A stretch of 17,056 nt of DNA, from contig JBLIRN010000058.1 in NCBI GenBank assembly GCA_049472315.1, positions 1-17,056 of the forward strand, read 5' to 3'. Each line of letters begins with the position of its first letter. Positions within the stretch are counted from its first letter, which is position 1. Below are positions 8,186-14,607 of the stretch, piece after piece. The translations under genes were made by a program, and so were the position numbers. A model generated the notes under the pieces. The model was not told where the DNA came from. It searched no databases and saw only the letters and a list, made by a program, of their open reading frames with translations. The stretch comes from a bacterium. Its GTDB lineage: Bacteria; SZUA-182; DTGQ01; JAFGSM01.

Positions 8186-8974
8186 TCAGGGCACGAACCA
8201 GCGCAGGAGCCCAGCTATTAGGCGAATCATCCGCACAAACTGGTTCGAAAGGCAACCGCTTCGCATAAACCGTGAAAGCATAGAGAAAAACGGAAGGGCC
8301 TCATTATCCAGAAGAAGGAATGCGAAGCCGAACTGATGCGGGCATTTTTTCAATCCATGCATGATTGAGCCCAGGGGGTCGTTTTTCCTGGGGGGCGGAA
8401 ATCCATCAGCCTGTTCATCGGTATCCGGTTGCAGTGTGCATGCCTCATCCATGACGAGATCCTCGAAGATTTCGTCCCCGCACTTATTGAGGACCTCGAC
8501 GATATCCCGGCTGATCAGGAACAGGGAGCCGCACATATCACAGGCGAGCAGGTGATCTTCGAACAATCCCTTGACCTCTTCGTTGAGTTCATCGGCCAGA
8601 TAGTCATCGATATATCCCCTGAACAACCTGTGGGACATATGGGGGTCAGAAAAGGATGCCTTGTGGCTGATCAAGCGGGGCTCTTTCCTGAGCATTCCCC
8701 GGCAGACTGTTTCAAGTGCCCTTTCCCTGTATCCGCGGATATCTTCGAGGTCGACATCAGGTGTCGATTGCCGCGATCCCTGAGTATAGTAGCTCTTGAA
8801 GAGGGCATATCGTTCCGAAGGAGGCAGCGTTGAAACAAGCTCGAATACACCATCCAGACTCATCGAGCCGATTGCATAGAGATGGACCTCTTCAAGCCTC
8901 TGATCCGCGCAGTCATGCCCGGCATTGGCGCATCTTCTGATAATAAAGAATTGTTTTCTCATTGTCGATCTCAT
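8186..8974 (-). CDS. Zinc-binding anti-sigma-like (zf-HC2/ZAS) protein with an N-terminal degenerate sigma region-4-like segment
   Basis: IDDYLADELNEEVKGLFEDHLLACDMC matches the ZAS pattern YLxxEL...FExHLxxCxxC (H141-C148, nt 8531-8554). Residues 43-90 (LVSTLPPSERYALFKSYY...RERAL) resemble sigma70 region 4. Start could also be ATG 8962. Confidence 0.7.
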   Translation of the reverse strand: MRSTMRKQFFIIRRCANAGHDCADQRLEEVHLYAIGSMSLDGVFELVSTLPPSERYALFKSYYTQGSRQSTPDVDLEDIRGYRERALETVCRGMLRKEPRLISHKASFSDPHMSHRLFRGYIDDYLADELNEEVKGLFEDHLLACDMCGSLFLISRDIVEVLNKCGDEIFEDLVMDEACTLQPDTDEQADGFPPPRKNDPLGSIMHGLKKCPHQFGFAFLLLDNEALPFFSMLSRFMRSGCLSNQFVRMIRLIAGLLRWFVP

Positions 8975-9135
8975 CCCCTTTCCGTCTAAAGAGAAAAAAG
9001 ACCCATAAATCCATCACCTCTCTTTTTGATAGAATGAAAATAAGAACGGATTAAATGTAATAATAAACCGGTACCCTTTTATGATTATTTAAAATAGTAG
9101 GCAAAAAATGTATTTTTTTTAATTTCCCTACCCAT

Positions 9136-9174
9136 TATAGTCGAGCAGGTCAGGATTTTTTTGCACGTTTTTTT
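9136..9174 (-). promoter_or_regulatory. Putative ECF-sigma promoter, copy 1 (upstream of the ZAS gene)
   Basis: Minus strand reads AAAAAAA CGTGCAAAAAAATCC TGACCTGC TCGACTATA. Near-identical to 11235-11274 with identical spacing (TGCAAA-N16-CGACTATA). Confidence 0.65.
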
Positions 9175-9224
9175 CCGGTCGATACAATGCGCGTCCCAAA
9201 CCGTACCCGGGTCCGTGAAATGGT

Positions 9225-10973
9225 CTAAAATCGCTGATTGAACATTACGGTTAATTGAGGAAGCACCTTCTTGAATGTGTCATCATACCTGACCAGATTT
9301 TTTTTAAGTAATTCGTCGGCCCATGTTTTTGTCCTCACCATTAATTCCTTTTCTTGGCAATGGCTTCTTTCCTTTTGTGAATCAATTCGTTTTCCATGGT
9401 GAGGGACTGTGCATGCCATGCAGTTGCTGATGATCTTACGAATTTCCGGGGGATACTGGAGACAGGGGAGAATATGATCCGCCTTTTCCACAATCGTATC
9501 GATGAACCGCCTTCCTTCACCATCATATCTGCCCCTTAATTCATGACACAAGGCGCATAACTGCTCATGCCCCTCATTGCAGGTTGTGCATGCAAGGATT
9601 TCTTCAAGACCCACGCAAAAAAGGTGCTGATCGGCATCCGAAAGGAATTTCCGTGCCTTTTGCCGGAGACCGTTCAGGGAGAATTGGTAGTCTACCTTGG
9701 GGAAGAAATGCTCGATACAGTGCTCCAATTCAGGATAATCCTCAGTGGTTACCATAAGTACCCGCATCATCCCGCGTTCCTTCATTGCGCGCAGTTCATC
9801 CAACCAGAGGGTGAGACCGTTGTATTCCCGATAGGTCTTTTCCACGACAATCCTTTTCCCTGCGCTGGCGGTAAGACCATATGCGATGAGGTGCATGGAT
9901 CGTCTCTTCCTATTATGTTTATTATGCTGATGTAACCCCTTGAGATGATTCAGGTCCAGGAACAAAAACAGCCAGTCGGACTCAAGGGGACTCGAATTCA
10001 ACTGTTTCATCATTCCAATGATGGCATCTATGTCGAATGGTGCTCTGGCCAAGTCCTGCTTGATTATTTCGAGCAGCCTCTGCAACCTCCGGCTGATCGA
10101 TGCGATGGACATGTCCTTGCCGAACTGCTCATGCACCTCCCGTTGTATCGCGGCCTGGTTGAATTCCTCGAGGAAGTAAGCCCTGAAGATGAATCCGTCA
10201 AGGGTGCTGATGTGGGGATAGAACCGGTTACGCAGGTATGCGCCCACCTGCTTGTTATGAATTATCCTTTCGATAACATCCCTGCCGTAAGGGGATTCGA
10301 AGAAATCAAAGATATCGCTGGAAAATATGCAGACGGGGCGGTTTCTTGCCTTCTCATTATTGATCCTTGAGGAGATTATCTTGAGGATGTAGGCATAGTA
10401 ATTCTCGATAGGGTCCCCTTTATTGTCATGTGTCCCATTCCGGATCACCTGGTTGATAAGCTGATCAATGGCCTTTTTCGCTATCCTGGTGTGGTCGCAA
10501 AATTCTCTATCCCGTTCAAATAAGCGATTCGTGATATTGAGGACATTGATCTCATAACTCCTCAGGCGTTTTTCTGCTTCATCTGCGAGTATACCGTGGG
10601 GCCCTTGTGTGTCGAGAACATTCTGGTAGAGCGTATGGCAATCCATGGTGATGGTCTGATGGAGACGTTTTCTGACGTATCTCCTGGCCCCTGATTTGAG
10701 CGCCTGGGCAAGGAGTGACCTTTCAGGGATCTCATTCTGCCCAAGATTGTCAATGAATTCCCGGAGGAATTCCTCAGACAGGCGGAACGGAGTGGGAAGT
10801 TTGTCGAAAAAGTCCCGGTATACCTCATAGTGCTCAATGATCACCGCAATCCGTTCCCTGAATGCGCTGATGAATCCCTTTGTGCCGTCATCGTCTGAGC
10901 CTTTTTCCTGTGTGGAATCCCTTTTTATCACCACGCCCACCCCCCTCCAAAAGGTGCTTAGGTGAAACAACAT
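9225..10973 (-). CDS. Sigma70/ECF-like protein fused to a degenerate IS256/Mutator-family transposase domain
   Basis: aa ~130-212 resemble sigma region 2 (NYYAYILKIISSRINNEKARNR). aa ~255-305 form an HTH (ISTLDGFIFRAYFLEEFNQAAI...SIASISRRLQR). aa ~326-582 follow IS256 transposase motifs in order: SPLESDWLFLFLD, IAYGLTASAGKRIV, WLDELRAMKERGMMRVLMVTTED, IEHFFPKVDYQ, YPPEIRKII, and C-terminal LPQLTVMFNQRF. Start may be GTG 10934 (GGAGG 9 nt upstream). Confidence 0.75.
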   Translation of the reverse strand: MLFHLSTFWRGVGVVIKRDSTQEKGSDDDGTKGFISAFRERIAVIIEHYEVYRDFFDKLPTPFRLSEEFLREFIDNLGQNEIPERSLLAQALKSGARRYVRKRLHQTITMDCHTLYQNVLDTQGPHGILADEAEKRLRSYEINVLNITNRLFERDREFCDHTRIAKKAIDQLINQVIRNGTHDNKGDPIENYYAYILKIISSRINNEKARNRPVCIFSSDIFDFFESPYGRDVIERIIHNKQVGAYLRNRFYPHISTLDGFIFRAYFLEEFNQAAIQREVHEQFGKDMSIASISRRLQRLLEIIKQDLARAPFDIDAIIGMMKQLNSSPLESDWLFLFLDLNHLKGLHQHNKHNRKRRSMHLIAYGLTASAGKRIVVEKTYREYNGLTLWLDELRAMKERGMMRVLMVTTEDYPELEHCIEHFFPKVDYQFSLNGLRQKARKFLSDADQHLFCVGLEEILACTTCNEGHEQLCALCHELRGRYDGEGRRFIDTIVEKADHILPCLQYPPEIRKIISNCMACTVPHHGKRIDSQKERSHCQEKELMVRTKTWADELLKKNLVRYDDTFKKVLPQLTVMFNQRF

Positions 10974-11038
10974 GAAAGCCCCTTATTTCGAAACACTACG
11001 GAAACCTTCTTCGGATACTGATGTGCCTTTCCTACAAA

Positions 11039-11131
11039 GAACGTGTGTTCTGAACTGGGATGAGAGTGAAGGTTGAGCGGGAGCCGCCTGTAACTTCTCT
11101 CCATTGATTGAACGTGTGAATTGAGCGGGAG
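11039..11131. repeat. Two interleaved short direct repeats in the leader of the sigma-transposase gene
   Basis: gaacgtgtg at 11039-11047 and 11110-11118. gtgaa(gg)ttgagcgggag at 11066-11083 and 11116-11131. Confidence 0.6.
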
Positions 11132-11234
11132 GTTTTTTTCGATGGTATTTTTATTACAGTAGACGATGAGGGATAATTTTACTTATGTATATTTTAAAAA
11201 GTATTTATATCTATAATTATATATTCATATTTTA

Positions 11235-11274
11235 TATAGTCGAATAAGCAAGGGATTTTTTGCACGATTTTTTT
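11235..11274 (-). promoter_or_regulatory. Putative ECF-sigma promoter, copy 2 (upstream of the sigma-transposase gene)
   Basis: Minus strand reads AAAAAAAT CGTGCAAAAAATCCC TTGCTTAT TCGACTATA. Same two boxes and spacing as 9136-9174; the spacer differs. Confidence 0.65.
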
Positions 11275-11573
11275 GAATTGATTTTTTTATTGACGAAGAT
11301 GGAGAGTATACGCGCTATTGAGGGGGGGGAATAAAAATGCCGCAGGGTTTTTGAAATTTTTCCCTTTATAAGGCAACAAGGGGGTAGAGATGAGAGATTG
11401 GATGGATGTAAAAAAATCGATTTATTCAGGCATTGACAGCTCGGATAGAAAAAGGAATTTCTTCCTTGGCCAAGGGTATATTGCTGAGTATAGAGGTGAT
11501 GGACAGTGATTCACTCCCGCACCTTTGTTGGTTTTATTGAAACAACCTATGTTTATATCAATGGAGGTATACA

Positions 11574-12086
11574 ATGAGGTACTTGAATACGGTTTTAGTC
11601 ATCATAAGCTTCACCGCCCTTGTCTTGGTATTGATGATGGCCTATGGGTTTCCCTCGTTTCCATATTATATGCCCTCATCGTCGGGCATTTCAGGCAATT
11701 GGAATGCATATGCCGAAAGTGATAATCAAGGATATGCAAATGTTCTCAGGAGTCTGACCGGATCGCTGCCGGATACGCTTCCCGCAATCGAGATGGTTCC
11801 CGTTGACCCATCGATGGGCGCCTATCCATTCGGCCTTTCCCTTGGATGGATGGGAATTAGCCCGGGCGGATTCGGGATGCCGGGGTATGGATTCCCTTGG
11901 GGTTCCTTCTTTCCCGGATATGGCATGTTCGGAATGTATGGGTCGGGCTATGGAACAGGCTATGGATCAGGCATGCCATACGGCACTGATGCCGTTACCG
12001 TTACCACCCAGACTTTTCACAAGTTCTGCTTTCCCGGGGGATTTTGCTTCTATGCGATTGTTGATTCGGAGCAGGAAGCCGATTAA
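11574..12086 (+). CDS. Exported or membrane-anchored Gly/Tyr/Met/Pro-rich hypothetical protein
   Basis: Strong RBS (ggaggt) before ATG 11574. N-terminal hydrophobic segment. Low-complexity GYG/GMYG/GFP tract. C-terminal FCFPGGFCFY followed by an acidic tail. Confidence 0.8.
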   Translation: MRYLNTVLVIISFTALVLVLMMAYGFPSFPYYMPSSSGISGNWNAYAESDNQGYANVLRSLTGSLPDTLPAIEMVPVDPSMGAYPFGLSLGWMGISPGGFGMPGYGFPWGSFFPGYGMFGMYGSGYGTGYGSGMPYGTDAVTVTTQTFHKFCFPGGFCFYAIVDSEQEAD

Positions 12087-12105
12087 GACGAATGAACATA
12101 AATCC

Positions 12106-12142
12106 ACACAAGCGGGCACGATGCGCACGTGTCCGCTTGTGT
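12106..12142. terminator. Hairpin between convergent genes, possible bidirectional terminator
   Basis: acacaagcgggcacg-atgcgca-cgtgtccgcttgtgt: 15-bp stem with one G-U pair and a 7-nt loop, between stops at 12086 and 12152. No clear U-tract. Confidence 0.55.
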
Positions 12143-12151
12143 ATATGCCTC

Positions 12152-13204
12152 TCAAGCCAGGGTGATTTGCTCCTTAACCTCCTCGAGCCCCTTGAGGCCG
12201 AGGCCCTTTATGATCACCACCCATCCGGCAAGCACCCACAGATAGGCGATGAAGAATCTCCAGAGGATCAACAGTATCCCCAGGAGATGCTTGGGCACAA
12301 AGGGATAGAAGAGCACGTAGAATCCCCCTTCCGCAAATCCACTCCCGCCCGGGGTCGGGGTCAAATAGAGGAGGAAATAGAGCACAATCTGTATGGCCAG
12401 CACCTTGAGGAAATGGATATCATATGAGAGTCCCTTGAGCAGGACATACGCAACCGAGTAATTTGCCAGCATGGTGAGGATCGTCAATATCCCCGTATAC
12501 ACGACGCTCATCTTTCGTTTTTGAAACAGATACTTGAAAGAGGATATAAACTCCTCAATCCACCAGTATATGTGTCGCATCCACACCGTGGGGCTGGAGT
12601 GCCTTTGGAAGATCCTGAATCGGTATAAAAATCCGATCACCTTTTCGAGCATGGTGTGAAGCTTGTCCAGATTCAGGAAGCCATAGATGATGATCCCGAC
12701 AATTACCAGGAATAGAATGGCCATATAATCGAAGAGCGATTTCATGAGGGAGGTCTTGAGATATTCGCGGTGATAAAGGAGGACAACAGGCCCGGCAACG
12801 GCAATGATGAAGATGAGGAAGATGCCCCGTACGATCGCAATTGCCGTTGCCTTTTGGGTATCGATACCCGTTTTCTCGGTGAGCAGGTATATGAGGACAG
12901 GCTCGCCTCCCATTGCCGAGGGGGTGATGTTCGCCAGGAAGTTGTAGGCGAGTATAGCCTTCAATCCCTCCCAGAAGGGAAGGTGGAAGCCGAATGCCTG
13001 GCAGAGTGTCTGTATCCTCATGGAATCGAAGCAGTTGGCAAGCAGGCCCAGGATGAATGAAAGGAATATGTATCGGAGGCGCACGTGCTGGAGTGCTTCC
13101 CATGTCTTCTGCCCTACGGTGAAGAAGAGCACGGCGCCGATGATGGTCACACTGATGAGGAGCGAGGCAACAAGGAGAAATCTGAGTGAAAATCCTTTGC
13201 GCAT
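12152..13204 (-). CDS. Lysylphosphatidylglycerol synthase TM-region (UPF0104, flippase-like) membrane protein
   Basis: Polytopic membrane protein with family motifs NITPSAMGGEP, PTPGGSGFAEG and LLILWRF. Confidence 0.85.
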   Translation of the reverse strand: MRKGFSLRFLLVASLLISVTIIGAVLFFTVGQKTWEALQHVRLRYIFLSFILGLLANCFDSMRIQTLCQAFGFHLPFWEGLKAILAYNFLANITPSAMGGEPVLIYLLTEKTGIDTQKATAIAIVRGIFLIFIIAVAGPVVLLYHREYLKTSLMKSLFDYMAILFLVIVGIIIYGFLNLDKLHTMLEKVIGFLYRFRIFQRHSSPTVWMRHIYWWIEEFISSFKYLFQKRKMSVVYTGILTILTMLANYSVAYVLLKGLSYDIHFLKVLAIQIVLYFLLYLTPTPGGSGFAEGGFYVLFYPFVPKHLLGILLILWRFFIAYLWVLAGWVVIIKGLGLKGLEEVKEQITLA

Positions 13205-13424
13205 AGAAGCATGCCTATCTATCCGATTTGAACATGGACATTCCTTCGCCTGATGAGGATGGAATATACAACGGAAGGCTGATATTATATTAACGATAAA
13301 CTATAGCAGATGCCCGTCTTGTTTGTCAAAAGGTCTCTCCACCGCGGAGGGAATAAGAGTTGGTCCTATTCTTTTTGAGCGAAAGGCTCACGAACATTTT
13401 ATTGTAAAGGAGCGGGAAGGGATC

Positions 13425-14174
13425 ATGAAACAATGTGTGCTCTTGAGACATGGTGAAAGTACGTGGAACAAGGAGAATCGTTTTACCGGATGGACCGATG
13501 TGGATCTTTCGGAGAAGGGTATCGCGGAGGCTCACCAGGGGGGAATATCCCTCAGGGAGGCCGGGTTCCTTTTTGACGTTGCTTACACCTCGGTGCTGAA
13601 GCGGGCCATTCGAACACTGTGGATCGTTCAGGATGAGATGGACCTCATGTGGATCCCTGTCCATCGGTCCTGGAGATTGAACGAGCGACACTACGGCGCA
13701 CTCCAGGGGCTCAACAAGGCGGAGATGGCGGAAAAATTCGGTGAACGTCAGGTCCAGATATGGCGCAGGAGCTACGATGTCCAACCCCCTTCCCTTGAAG
13801 AGACGGATGAACGGTTTCCCGGCCGTGATCCCCGCTACAGGGAGGTGGATACAAAGGACCTGCCCAGGGCGGAGAGTTTGAAGGACACGGTGAGACGGTT
13901 TCTGCCTTACTGGCACGAGGTGATCGCCCCTTCCTTGCAGTCGGGAAACAGGGTCCTCATCGCGGCCCATGGAAACAGCCTTCGCGCACTGGTCAAGTAT
14001 CTTGACAATGTATCCGACGAGGAGATCGTGGGCCTGAACATCCCCACAGGGATACCACTGGTGTACGAATTGAATGATGATTTGAGCCCGATGAGACATT
14101 ACTACCTTGCCGATGAGGAGCAGGTTCGCCAGGCTGCACAGCTCGTGGCGAACCAGGGGAAGGCAGCACAATAG
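13425..14174 (+). CDS. gpmA: 2,3-bisphosphoglycerate-dependent phosphoglycerate mutase
   Basis: [47 protein letters not shown] and [12 protein letters not shown]. True start ATG 13425 after a purine-rich RBS. Confidence 0.97.
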   Translation: MKQCVLLRHGESTWNKENRFTGWTDVDLSEKGIAEAHQGGISLREAGFLFDVAYTSVLKRAIRTLWIVQDEMDLMWIPVHRSWRLNERHYGALQGLNKAEMAEKFGERQVQIWRRSYDVQPPSLEETDERFPGRDPRYREVDTKDLPRAESLKDTVRRFLPYWHEVIAPSLQSGNRVLIAAHGNSLRALVKYLDNVSDEEIVGLNIPTGIPLVYELNDDLSPMRHYYLADEEQVRQAAQLVANQGKAAQ

Positions 14175-14252
14175 CGTAATCCTCGCTTCGTTGTTTGCGG
14201 TGCGTTCAGCGCAACGACAGTAAGCTGTTGTGCATTCACAAAGGGGGTAACC

Positions 14253-14579
14253 ATGAAGAAGGGATATTTCATTTGTGTCCTGCTCTGTGTCGTTCTTCTT
14301 GTCTGTGCCGGTTGTTTGACCGTGGGGCACGATTTCCCGGTCGATCCGGTCAGCCGGATCCAGATCGGGAAGACTACCAAGGGGGAGGTGCTCAGCCTGT
14401 TCGGGCAACCATGGAGGACAGGCATCGAGAATGGCATGAAGACATGGACCTACGGCCTTTATCGATACAGCATGTTCGGTGAGTCAAGGACGCGCGACCT
14501 CGTGCTCCGTTTCGATACGAACGACACGGTGGCATCATTTTCATTCAATTCCAATTATCCGGAGGACATGTCGCCGTAA
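14253..14579 (+). CDS. Small outer-membrane lipoprotein, BamE/SmpA-OmlA-like
   Basis: Signal peptide with lipobox (CAG-C). IQIGKTTKGEVLSLFGQP, WTY and LVLRFD...V match the SmpA/OmlA fold pattern. Confidence 0.8.
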   Translation: MKKGYFICVLLCVVLLVCAGCLTVGHDFPVDPVSRIQIGKTTKGEVLSLFGQPWRTGIENGMKTWTYGLYRYSMFGESRTRDLVLRFDTNDTVASFSFNSNYPEDMSP

Positions 14580-14607
14580 TGCCATTTCCTGATGAGTGTA
14601 GTCCCCA

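Noticed and set aside
9161..9176. Sigma54 -24/-12 promoter reading of ttgcacg-tttt (also at 11260)
   Set aside because: Lacks the invariant GG at -24 and GC at -12. I found no convincing sigma54 promoter in the intergenic regions, so the target of the NtrC-type regulator is not identified.
11039..11131. CRISPR or mini-array interpretation of the leader repeats
   Set aside because: Only two short copies of each word, irregular spacing, and no cas genes in the window.
9136..11274. Active IS256 insertion sequence bounded by the repeated motif
   Set aside because: The repeats are direct, not inverted, with a diverged spacer and two conserved boxes. No TIRs or target duplication were seen, and the catalytic motifs are degenerate.
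11352..11379. Additional ECF-like promoter candidates on the plus strand (TGAAAT-N16-CAAC here; TCTAAC-N15-CGAC at 198-222)
   Set aside because: Only partial matches to the duplicated motif in AT-rich DNA; too weak to call.
13326..14408. 360-aa minus-strand ORF, and similar antisense or alternate-frame ORFs (e.g. 5220-5945, 15616-16284, 5920-6549, 314-835)
   Set aside because: These are shadow frames of well-supported genes and have no recognisable motifs.
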